Assembly: GCF_009834535.1 (NCBI RefSeq)
Contig: NC_045698.1
Location: 11,968,001-12,032,000, forward strand
Source of the DNA: Camelus ferus
Taxonomy: Eukaryota
Length of the DNA: 64,000 bases
Direction of reading: 5' to 3'
Every line of letters begins with the position of its first letter. Position 1 is the stretch's first letter. Positions 10,829 through 22,301 of the stretch are shown in pieces. Both the position numbers and the translations under genes were made by a program. The notes below the pieces were generated by a model. The model was not told the DNA's origin and did no database searches. It saw only the letters and a program-made list of their open reading frames with translations.

Positions 10829-11334
10829 TTAAGGATAATAGATCTGTTGCTTTAGATGTTTAGGAAGGTAGCCTTTATATCTTTTTCTTCTTTACTCTTC
10901 AAAACACCGGAGTTCCCAGGGAGACTGCTCTCTTGCTGGGTCTATGAGTTGTTTTAAGGCTAACTTGGTCAGGGACTCTGGGTTTCAGTCACAGCTGATG
11001 TCTCTGGAGCTCAAGGCCTCAAGCAGTTCCAGGGACTTTCTTCATTAAATTCTCTCCATATTCTGAACTAACGTATCAGGGGCGTGGGACTGACGACAGA
11101 TGGTAAAACAAATGGACTAGAAAAGGGACCTCCGAGGCCGGGTGAGCCCGGTCCTGAAGGAATTTGTCTTCTAAATTTGAGTCCTGGGGGCCTGAGGCTA
11201 GGCAAAAGGGGCACTGCTTGGGTCAGTTCAGTAGGGGAACAATAAGTCTCAGGTGTTCTGTGACAGAATCAGGTAGGAGACTTTCTCATAGAAATAGCAT
11301 CTTAGCCTCTGAGGGCACAGGGGCGATGACTCAT
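10829..11334 (-). pseudogene. Disrupted pre-gag ORF with Cys/His motifs, BC box and Cul2-box-like motif
   Basis: Manual reconstruction across about 3 frameshifts and 5 internal stops; contains CPFC, HLFYH, PESLTKLALKQL and LPKHLKQQI. Confidence 0.55.
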
Positions 11335-11637
11335 TGGCTGTCTATGTCCTTTTCCCTCCCAGTGTAGCCACCCTGTGCCGGTGTCGCAGACAAGACAAGG
11401 GAGGGTTTTCGTTGCATCCGCCTGGCCGCTCCCCTTGCGGGGACGAAGGTGCCTCTTAGCTTTGGCGGGTCAGTATAAGCCGCTGACTCTGATCGGGACC
11501 CTGAGGGACCGATACCGCCCTGAGCCGTATGAGGTCACCACGGAACCGCAGGTTGAGACTCACTCGAACTCCTGTAGCAGAATGCCGTGGAGCTACAAAC
11601 TCGAGCCTGATCGCATGCTTCACAGGCTGCTCATTCA

Positions 11638-11639
<2 letters not shown>

Positions 11640-11685
<46 letters not shown>
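11640..11685. repeat. (CA)n microsatellite inside the ERV leader
   Basis: About 23 CA units. Confidence 0.97.
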
Positions 11686-11688
<3 letters not shown>

Positions 11689-11725
11689 TAACAACATTCC
11701 TCCCACCAATACCAATATCCTGTTT

Positions 11726-11870
11726 CCTGTAGGAGGGGATCCGCCTCCTCTTCTGTCCACTGGGACAGGACCTGATACCTGACCTGATTTCCCCGTCTGA
11801 AATATCATCAGATGGAGAGCCTGTAGGAGGGGATCAGCCTCCTCTTCTGTCCAATGGGACAGGACCTGAT
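11726..11870. repeat. Two 51-bp direct repeats in the ERV leader
   Basis: 11726-11776 and 11820-11870 differ at 2 positions. Confidence 0.9.
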
Positions 11871-12095
11871 TCCTCCCGGGGCATCCTACCTTGTCCGGAC
11901 AGCCACCTGGTGAGTCTGTCCGTCCCTCCACGGAGTCTGGCTCTGGTTGTAGCCCAGCCACCCGGGGGCCGAGTTGCCGTCACGAAAGAGAACCCGGAAT
12001 ACCGTCGGGCGGCGCCACCTCGTTCGCTGCCGGAGTCCCGTCCCCTGGTCGGCCAGAGCCACCAGTCCAGCGGCTCAAGGGGCTGGCGTGGTTGT

Positions 12096-12113
12096 ATCTC
12101 GCTGGGGCCTCCA
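12096..12113 (-). other. Primer-binding site for tRNA-Thr(UGU)
   Basis: TGGAGGCCCCAGCGAGAT, 4 nt after the 5' LTR; complementary to the 3' 18 nt of mammalian tRNA-Thr(UGU) as recalled (…AUCUCGCUGGGGCCUCCA). Confidence 0.88.
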
Positions 12114-12117
12114 GAAA

Positions 12118-12527
12118 TGTTACAGAAATGACAGGCCAGCCAAGAAACAAGCACCACTCGGAGGGTTGGAGTACGCAGATTTATTACGCCGGCAGGCTCA
12201 GAGGGGCTTCTGCTCCGAAGCTCTGAGCACCTCCAAGACATGCACATGAGGTTTTATAGGGTTAATTACAAGTATGGGCTATCAGCCAATAAGGTTCAAA
12301 CAACAAAAAGCAAGGAATCAGTACACTGGAGCTTATCAGTTCGGAACAGATCACGTTACTGACACTTGTTGGGCTTGGATTTAAGAGTTAGCTTGTTAGC
12401 CCAGTAAACTGACACTAAACTTCAGATTTACGAGTTAGCCCAGCAGAATTTATATCAGTAAACCTGACACTTATCACACTTAGATTTGTGACTTAGCTCG
12501 TTAGCCCATCTGGGCTTTTCCTTCACA
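12118..12527 (-). repeat. 5' LTR (promoter)
   Basis: TG...CA ends; TATAAAA at 12252-12258 and AATAAA at 12180-12185 on the minus strand. Confidence 0.97.
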
Positions 12528-13871
12528 CTCCCATGTACGAGTAATAAACCCTAGTTCTCCAAGGATGCTGTGTTTCTGAGGTCTTTGCTGGAGGGCAGGG
12601 ACAGATGATTTGTTTATAAAATATATCACTAACTTTTTATTACATCATTAACTAATGATATTGACAGAAAGCCTCAAGACCATCCACTCTGCCATTTTTT
12701 GTTTTGTTTTGTTTGCTTTGTCTAATTATCAACCCAGAGCTCTTTATCCAGACAAAACCTTAGGTGGTGTCCTAACACATCACTCAGACCAAAGGGGAAC
12801 TGCTCGGGCCTGAACTTGAAGCTCCTGAGCCCCTGGGCTGGGGTCCCCCACGCTACTCCCAGTCAGTCACCTTATTGCACTTCTGTGTGTCAGAGGGACC
12901 ATGTAGAAAACCACTGGTCCAGTCTAAACCTCTCACATTATAGCTCAACAGACAAGACCCCGGCAGTGTGAGTTCCTGAAAGTCACACTCCTTGTTAGGG
13001 GTACACCTCTGAACAAGATTCTGCTTCCTGAATCCCAGGCCGCAGCCAGAATTCCACGGTGTTTTGTTGTTGTTGTTGTTCACAGGAGGTCAGTGCTGGC
13101 TACCTGTGCCAGTGACTTGCTCTGGGCTGTCCACGTGGACATCACAGTCTGATTCTCTCCCCAAAGACGCCCACTGCATTTGGACTTCGGCAAATGTCTA
13201 AAACCCCCGCTCTTCCCTTGCCTTCTTTCTTGACCAACAACCACAATGATTATCACGGTGGTGCCATGATTGTAATACCAAGGTTCTGTCGGATGCACAC
13301 TTTCCAGGAGGAGTTTGCCCACTGGGCATGGGATTTCCTGTTGAAAGGGTTTGATCAGGCAGCGGGAGAAACTGAAAATGAAGTATCGGTTAGAGCAACA
13401 TCCCTCCAAAACCCAGCCCCCAGGAACTCGCGTGCTCTGCAGGTCCTCGTGGGTCTTTTCTAAAACAGAAAGGATTCCATGGTGACACAGGCATGGAGAC
13501 TGCACACTGAATGACACCGGGTGGGCCGTCTGATCCCCAGGACGTCCACCAGCTCCTGCGAGCAGTGAGTCTCCGGCCAAGGAACACCAGGGGCAGGGCC
13601 AAGAGGGGGCTGAGTGCGGGGGCACATTCTCCGTCAGCAACATCCCCTCTATTTTTTGACAAATTCCTGTCTTCCTAATCTCATGTAAAGTTCTATGTGA
13701 GTGCATTTTTTGAGTTGCTTCCCTCTGGGTCACCCATCTTAAAAAATAACCACCCCCAGATTAAGAGGTACAAACTACTATGTATAAAATAAGCTACAAA
13801 GATATATTGTACAGCACAGGGAATACAGCCAACATGTTATGATAAATGGAGTATAACTTCTAAAAACAAAA

Positions 13872-13970
13872 ATAGATAGATAGATAGATAGGTAGGTAGA
13901 TAGATAGATAGATAGATACATAGATACATAGATACATAGATAGATACATAGACAGATACATAGATAGATA
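13872..13970. repeat. (TAGA)n/(TAGATACA)n compound microsatellite after a short L1 3' fragment
   Basis: Direct reading of the tandem units. Confidence 0.95.
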
Positions 13971-16587
13971 ATGGTTTGGTCCTTTTTGTGAAAGATCTAA
14001 CTGAACTCTAAATATGCAAACCCTTGAGGCAAGAGCACCAGTGAGAAGAGAAAGATGGGCTTGGGGGGATTAGAAAACAGAGACCAAGAATCATGGCCTC
14101 AGTGAACAGCTTGGACCACCTCATTACATATGGACCAGATGAGATGTAAGCTGGCTTTACACAGCATCCTCACTTACAAAGTAGAAAAAGTAATGTGTCT
14201 CCTCGGCAGATGAATGGGGATATTGTAAAAACGGATGGGTATTGGAAAAGACTTAAACTCACTGAAAGAAAGAGGGTGCAGTAATCCCAGGAGGATCATA
14301 CAGAGAAATATTTTTGGTAATATTTGCCACAACGCCCATCGTATTCAGAGATGACATCTATTGTGAGGGGCTGGGATGTAACATGAAGGAAGAATCTTTT
14401 CTGTAGGTCCCAACAAAGACAGAGCAAGGGGTCAGCCCTAATGAGACAGGTGGGACACAGGAAAAGAAAAGTCTATATTGAATTTGCTCTGTACTTACGA
14501 TGAGGATTCAGATGGAGGTTGATGATCTGGCCAACTTCTACCACCTCAGCTTAGGCTGGTTCCATTCCCACAGGTCACACATCTCTCTGGGTCACGTTGT
14601 TGCACAACTTGTGCGACTGTCATCCCATTCTGTCTGTCATTTACAGTGTGAGTGACCCAGAAACACCAGGATAGGGATCTGTAAATGGATTTCCTCACCA
14701 GATCACTGAAAAAATAAACCCCAACAATGGTTGGTATAAAACTATCTTTAATGAATACTTTTCTGTCTTTCTGTTTTGTGACTAGCTGCTAACTGTCACT
14801 GAGCATTTACCAGCTGTCAGGGGATAGTAACCAGGACTGGGGACTAGGAGAGATGAATAAGGCCCTCACCTTGGGCACCAAATTTAAGGGGGCGTCGAAA
14901 AACTCAGTAATCAAGATGAATATTTAGATGCAGTAATTTTTTTTAACTCAAATTGGTAAAGTCCATCCCTCCTGTTATTGCCAATAACGCTTTAGCATCG
15001 GACTGATGCCTATGAGTGCTTCCCATGCATCACTGCCTTTCATAACATGGACACCAGGACAGTCGGGCTCACTGACCTTCAAAGGAAGGAGGAAAATGCC
15101 ATCTTTGTGGGCAGTTCACGGGGCACCTTAGGATCCTCTGTCGCTGAGTTGGATGCATAGGAAAAATAAATGCTGGGGCTGGTCTTCTCTCTAGCGTTTA
15201 CCATCGACTACAAGGACTATGTTCTTTCAGTTTCTGCAATAGACATTTTGGGCAGCAATGCATTCCACCTTAAATTAAAATAACAACTAAAATATTATGC
15301 AAAGCATTCTCTTATTTATAACATTCTAATTTACTGTAAAGCAGTTTACCTTCTTCTATAGTTGAGTTTAATGAGTTTCTTTTACAAGAACCATAAAAAG
15401 CACACTCCGAGGAAGGGGACTGTGTTGTTTTTAAATAAGCAATGTAGCTGTCACCAGATGGTATGAAGATTGATGACTAATGCATTTTTAATGCAGATAA
15501 TTTATTAGATAATAGGGGTTTTCCCCTCTAAATTTCCAGGAGGAGGAAATCATCGAGTTTTTTCATTTTAAATGAAAGGCTTTCTACAATTGGTTTTCCA
15601 CTAAGCCTCAAAATGGGTGATCAAATTCAATCATGTAACAGACACACTTAGGATGAGGCACCAGCTGATGCTTCTCCCTCACACTTGTTCGCCTGCTTGA
15701 ATCCCAGCAAACCTCCTGGGAGAAGGAACCAAACGCAACCCGTGCCCGAACCCATGTACCTGGTAGGGTGCTGCTAGTATACAGTAAGTGCTCCATAGAT
15801 GTGCGTCGGGTGAATGAACGTGTACGTTGTCGTTCTCATTGGAAACATGAATTCAAAGACTCCTCCTGCTGAGGACACTTGTCCTGAGCTTGTTTCTCAG
15901 TGATGGATCTCTGTACAACCCACTCTGCTTCCCATCTCTGTGTCTGCAGTGGTCAGGAAGGGGGCGGGTACAGAGCTATCCGTGGACTCAGGCCTCTGTG
16001 CTCACAGACCTGGTAAACTCCTTTGCCTACTCGGTTAAGAATGAATGAGCCCAATCATCTCCCTATTTTCTTTGCTGAAGGCAGGGGAAACTGTTCTAGC
16101 CTAGGAATGCCAAGTGGTCTGTCTGGCTTCACTGAGACAGACAATGAAAATTTCCTACTCAAGGTGGCCAGCACCTTAAGATGACCGAGGTGAAGTGCCA
16201 AAGCAATTCTTCTTAAGCTTTTATACCTAATGGCAAAGAAATGTAAATTAAAGCAGAATTGTCTCTGGGAGAGCCTGGGGCACCTAGCCCAGAGAGGCTT
16301 ATGCGAAGGGAAACTTTCCCTTGAAGTCTCATTTTATGAGACTCATTTTCAAAGTGTGTGCAAGTTCACATTGTAAATTATCATGTACCTGTTTGTTATA
16401 ATAAAACTAAACAAGGTAAACAAAGCAGAAATTTCCTACTCATCTTTGGCTAATACTGAACTGAGTGAGTATAATTTCTAGAAAAGCAGCTTGAGTTTCA
16501 ACTAGCAGGGCACCACATTTTCAGCCCTAGTTTGTCAAACTCTTGTTAAGTTTCCCTTACTGAGAAGTTAAGCCCCTGGGTCATAGG

Positions 16588-16967
16588 ATGGTTAATTTTC
16601 TGTGTTTACTTGGCTAGTCCATGGTATCCAGATGATTCATCAATTTTTTAGATATTTCTACAAAGTTATTTTTTTAGAAGTTAACATTTAAGTCAGTAGA
16701 CTTTAAGTGAAGCCAATCACCCTCCATAATGTGGATGGATGGGTCTCATTCAATCAGTTGAAGGCCTGCTCCCCAAGGGGAAGAGGGAATTCTGCCAGCA
16801 GATTGCCTTTAGACTCAAATTGCAGCTCCTCCCTGGGTCTCCAGCCTGCCAGCCAATCCTACAGAGTCTGAACTTGCCAGTCTCCATATTCAGGAAAGCC
16901 AGGTCCTTAAAATCTCTTTCTGGGTGCACAGATCTTATTGGTTCTGCTTCTCTGGAGAACCTGACTC
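16588..16967. mobile_element. MLT2-like (ERVL) LTR
   Basis: tggttaattttctgtgt...ctccataatgtgg...caatcagttgaaggcc...ttggttctgcttctctggagaacc. Confidence 0.7.
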
Positions 16968-19900
16968 ATATATGTGGTGATAGGTCATGTGGTGGACAGA
17001 AAGCGTAACTGATTTATTGATCATCACTCAAGGAAATAGTGATCAGAAATTTTTTTGAGAGAAGAAAAGTGACTATGTTAATCTCTACTTATGCTGGAAT
17101 TTTCATCACATGTATGTGATGTACGTCACAGAAGCCTCATCACCTCTCCAGTGATGAAATGTTTTTCAAACTTTCAAACCGCATTTTCACTGGGCACTTT
17201 TATCATAGGTGTTCTGACACAGCTTTGCCCTGGATTAGATGTTTGAGAAGTCATTCTAGATGATTTACTAAGAAAACTGATGAATGAACAATGAATTCAT
17301 TTAAGGAATTCAGTTTTTACCTCTTGTAAACATGATATTTGTTTTCCCATCAAGAGGAAAAAGCTATCAATTCAGTTCCTGTCTTTTGATCTACACCTCC
17401 TAGTGTGAATAACCACTGGGGACTGCCTGGGACTGGGGTTTCCTGTGATGTGGGACTTTAGTGATAAAACCTGGAACGTCCCATGCAAAGGGAGATTATT
17501 GCTAGCTTACTCTTAATATTAAACCATGTTCTCCAAATCTCTTCCTTTTTTATTGCAAATTAGTCTGAAACAATGAGCCTGCAAGTCAACAGCATTTGCT
17601 GGTTTTTGTTTTTGGGTTGTTTTTTTTTTTTTTTTTTGTAACTTCATTGAACATAGTAAGAAACTGATGAGGCAGGCGGTCAGCTGAGGTGGTTTGGATG
17701 AAAGATGCAGCAGCTGCTGACCCTAAGGGTGAACCACGGTCACCAAAATTTTGACTGCTCTGATTAGACTCCACCTTTCACACACTGTCACTTCTTTTCC
17801 TAGTTGACACACCATTAATGGTGACTCAGTTTCTCCTTTGACTGCATAATGAGAAATACAAAGGACTAATTTTTTAATCGTGACGTAAGTGTGAGCTCCC
17901 GCACACTCTGAGAAATCAGACAAGCCAGATCCTGCTTCGGGGTGGACCAGGACCAGCCCTGTGTTCCAGGCACGTTTGCAGAATTCCTTCCCTCTCCAGG
18001 GTGGCTCCGAAAACAGTAATCATCTCATTCAGTTGCCTGGTAATGCAAAGGAACCAGATTACCCAGTCACTCTCAGCCCATTAAAATTGTTTACTCCAGC
18101 TTCACAGAAAAAAGTGTATGTTTCAATATGGGAAAGTGAGATACCGCACATTTCATCTGCATATGGGATGACAATACCTGTTTTATTGACCCCCGGGACC
18201 TGATGCATGTTAACGTAAGCACGCACTCTACCACTGAGTTGTACCTCACACCGATGCCTTTCGAGGGCAAGCATTTTAAAGTTTTCCCTTAAATAGTCAG
18301 TAATATCAGTGCCCTGGAAATGTGTGATAGCCTTAAGTAGGTCACGGGAAGCTGTGGCCTTTGCTGTTTATTTTGTTATCCTCAGGGCTAGGGATGGGAT
18401 AAAACAAAGTACCTTTTGAACTAGAATTCAAAAATTATGATATATTTGTGGATTTATGAAGTGCATTTGTGTAGTGTGTTAGTGGGTCCAGATAATTAAA
18501 GGGCTAAAGGCTAGAGGAACAAAAGAGGATTAATAATTCTGTCTCTGAGTCCCCATAAACATAAGATTTCAAATACTCACCCCTGCAACCAGTGGAATTG
18601 TCTTGACTCTAGACTACATGGTTCTGGTTTACACATCTTTGTGTGCCCCTCAGGATCTCACTCAATGCCCTGTACAAGATGATCAATAATAATGGTTGAA
18701 GTATTGCCAGGCAGCTTGTATTGCAAATTAATGAAAAGAAATATGAGGTCTATTGTCCCAGTTCCTTTGTGTGCACGTCTGTACAGAAAGGTCCTAGAAA
18801 TGAGCTGAAACAAACATGAATGTTATCTCATTGCTCAGGCTGTCCTACAAAAATAAAACCATAGTAAAGTTTCACTCAATTAGAAAAATGTGAATAAGAA
18901 AGACTTAGCTGGTGAAGAGAGTGGATGAAATAATCTAGAGCAGAAAATGGGAGGTGGGAATTGAGACACGGACGGTCCTTCGGATGGAGGGGGTACATTT
19001 CCACCACCAAGACGAGAGAGGAGCCAGTAGAATTTGGGAATAAAGGAGGAATCTAAGATGATACCCAGGTCGTAAGCAACGATATTAGTTATCACAGTGT
19101 GGGAATGAGAACTGGGAGGCAACCTGGGAAACACAGAGAGGGCTTTGAGGCTTGTTTCCACAGGGCATAAGTCACCCTGGTCTGACTGCGATGTATGTTC
19201 AAATGCCAAGCCCAGCTCAGTTCATTTCTGGATCTTTAGAAAACACTATTTAAAAGCTGAGTTGTCCCCCCTGGGAGATATTTTCCATAAGTGACAATGA
19301 ACCTTGTGGTGTTTACACAAGAGGTTATGTCTCAGTAAATCACCGCCTCCCCTTTGCACACCATCAGTGTTACCCAGCCAGCCTGCAACACCCGCCAAGA
19401 GCTGCAGCACAATACGTTGCACATTCAGTTAAGTGTAAATTAAAAACACACCTCATGCTAACAGTCTTATATCTATATCTAGGATATAGATTTGATGATG
19501 TGGCAAACCAGAGTGGGCACTTGCGTGGGGAGAATATTAGAAAGTAGGATGAAGGAGTAAAATTAGAACCAGGGAGCCGTCCACTGTCAGAAGCTGAGCC
19601 TGCGCACCTGAGGAAACATCATTCATTCAACTCTGCACCCAAAATTGAAAGAAAAAGAAGTGTCTCTAGCAAGCAATGGCTAGTGAATGCATGGTAAGGT
19701 GAAGCACGTTCCTTCGCATCCTTGAACTTGCTCCTCAGAAAGACCACTGCGCTGCCCAGAGCATCCCCTCCTCAGTGGGGCACCTGCCCCCCGAGGGAGG
19801 CCCGGAGGCACCGACTTCATGCCGGGGGACTGAGTGAGTGACGGGTCCTTGGCTGGTTTCTTTACCCCTACAACAACCTGGGAGGTAACAACCACCTTGT

Positions 19901-20460
19901 TGTACAGACTATAAAAACCAAGCCACGTTTCCCCAGGCAGAAAGCTAGCCCAGTGGGTTAGACCCTCATGTTTGCCTTCATTCCCAGTGCACCCCGGCCT
20001 CCCCTAAACCACGTAAATGGAGAGTCTCTTCACAGACTGAACCGTGACACCATCCGCACATTTTACACGTTTTCTTCCTGCCCCGAGGGCAGCACTGGGA
20101 ACTGACCGTGAGCGCACAGCACCGTCACCTCCGTGCGCCCACACTGAGGAACGAAGGCCCTTCGCAGCAGGGCCTGGACGCGCTCTTTCACGTTGCCTGC
20201 ATTTACTGACAGTGCCCGGAGACGGTCACCACCTCGGGGGCCACGATGCACCCCAGTGAGGGACATCCCACTTGGCTCCTCCAGAAGCTTCGAGTCCTCC
20301 ATCCTGTCCTGACAGCCCGAAATCAGCTCCAGCCGAGGCAACGCAGCAGCTCTCGGGAGCAGGGCAGGCCCGTCCCAGCACACACAGCACTCACTCTGTC
20401 AGAACAGGACCTTTCTGCCCTGTTCAAAAATGACACGGGAGCGCCCAGGGGATTCTGCCC

Positions 20461-20466
20461 TTTATT
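20461..20466 (-). terminator. ZNF622: Probable ZNF622 polyadenylation signal
   Basis: AATAAA about 130 nt after the stop codon. Confidence 0.7.
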
Positions 20467-20595
20467 ACGGGGACGAGCAGATGAAGTACAGGGAGAACAG
20501 CAGCAAAGGGGCCCGCCGTCTAACCCGGCTTCCGGGGTCCTCGGGCGGGGAGGCCGCGTGCGCCTGAGGCAGACGAGGACTCGAGCCCCGGCGAC

Positions 20596-20723
20596 TCAGA
20601 ACAGCACCTGCGGCCTGAAGTGCTTCTGCCTAATGGCGTTGTTCTGCATCCCCGTCTTCAGCATCCACTTTGCCTTCATCCTCTGGACGTACTGCATGTC
20701 CCGCTGGCGCATGAGCGCTGCTC
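20596..20723 (-). CDS. ZNF622: ZNF622 exon 6 (last coding exon)
   Basis: CAG acceptor; AALMRQRDMQYVQRMKAKWMLKTGMQNNAIRQKHFRPQVLF*; 128 nt, phase consistent. Confidence 0.95.
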
Positions 20724-21690
20724 CTGGGGTGGAAGGGAAGTAAGAAATGAAAACCCAAACTTTAAAAGCCAATTTGGAGTAACTGAGTTCTTAAAGAAGA
20801 GATATTAACTGGGGGTCTCTATCCAACGGGGAACTATGTGCACCCCAGAATTGCACCCCAGAACTGTCTGTATACATTTCTCTGGGATGAGCCTCTTTAT
20901 TTGTCATCATATCAAAAACTCTATAAGAGCAAGATGAAGTCAGCGGGCTCACAGCTCACAGGGAGCCCTAGTGAAACCACGTGTATATAGACACAGCGGC
21001 AGCGACAGTGATTTCAGTGTCAGAGCTTCCCGGCCGTCAGCAGGCAGCTCCCTGTTCTCCTGCCACCGTCTCCAGTGGACTGACATTCTCCTTGAAGGTA
21101 ACAATGTCAGTAGGCCTACTCTATTCCTCTGACTCTTTTCATTTTTATGGGATAATTACAGAAAGAAGGACTGGTAGCTTTTATTACGTGCATGTGCTGT
21201 GTCATCCTGCTTTATGACATCCCACCTGCCCAGGCCCCGTTATCATCACCTCCATTTAACAGACAACTGAGGCTTTGACTGAATAAATTACTCATACCAA
21301 TAAGAACATCAGGTAGGTCATGCTGACTCCACAGCTCAAACTACTGCTGTGAGAGTGCCATTCCATTCCTCTGGGAAACTTCCAGGAGGATTTCAACCTT
21401 GGATAATTACTCAACAACTCTCTTCATAATCTTTACCTCCTGAAAATGTCAGTGGTATACACGCAGGTTTTAGAAAGTTGCTGTGCCACGAATAAGAAGT
21501 TGTTTCCGTCATGGAGCTGGGGGCTTATTGCCATAAACGCCTCAAGTGGTCACAGACGCACCCAGAGCCAAGGTAAGCGTCCCCTGGGGAGGATCCTTAG
21601 GGACAAGGTCAGTAACCACCCTTTCACCCAGGCCCGCTGAGGAACTGCAAGTCCCCGGGCTGCTCCGTGGCTGTCCCCGCGACGCCGCAC

Positions 21691-21834
21691 CTGTGCTCCC
21701 GGTCCAGCCCAGGGCTCTGTACTGCTGCAGGACCCGGCCCACCGCCTTCTGGTTCTTAGCAACGGCCACGGCTCTGGACAAGCCAAACCGCTGTTTGTAG
21801 TATCTCATCAGGGAGCGATGACCCACTCTGGCAC
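21691..21834 (-). CDS. ZNF622: ZNF622 exon 5
   Basis: AG/GT boundaries; GARVGHRSLMRYYKQRFG...LQQYRALGWTGST; 144 nt. Confidence 0.95.
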
Positions 21835-22301
21835 CTGTTTTTCAAAACAGCAACGTTGAAGCACTGAGCTGGCACTCTCTCAAGGCAGAGCTATGAAGCT
21901 AGGGCTTTCCCAGTCAGACTTTTCACGCTTATCCAGCTGGAAAGTGCATGTGTCGGAAGAAACAGTGCTCTACCCACTGAGGAAAGATGAGGCCGCATGT
22001 TAAACAATGAAAGAAAAAAAACCAAAGAGCAGAGAGATTTAAGAAAAGGGACCACGGCAAGCCACTGTCAAGTGAAAAACTCAGCGTCTGTACTGATTTA
22101 TTTCTATAAAAGAGCCTCCCCAGAAGTGCACAAGCCGCCCCTACTAACACCTGCAACCGGGCCCTAGGGGTAAGGAATCTCAACGTCTTAATAGAAAAAA
22201 GATTAAGCACAGAGAACGGCCCTGATGTTTAGGTCTACCAGCCACAGTCTGGGTCCAGAAGGGGAACCAATCCACTTTTCCTTGGCTTACAGTCTCCAGT
22301 G

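Larger units (their letters stand above)
6769..12527 (-). mobile_element. Class I (gamma-like) endogenous retrovirus provirus, internally deleted
   Basis: Two ~410-bp direct LTRs with TG...CA ends, 4-bp TSD ctcc (6765-6768 and 12528-12531), PBS, PPT, and gag/pol/env remnants in order on the minus strand. Confidence 0.98.

Noticed and set aside
11375..12249. Several 60-137-aa ORFs on both strands of the ERV leader and LTR
   Set aside because: GC-rich or microsatellite-derived frames (THTH, CVCV) with no recognisable motifs.
13080..13733. 217-aa ORF
   Set aside because: No domain similarity, no splice structure, random-like composition.
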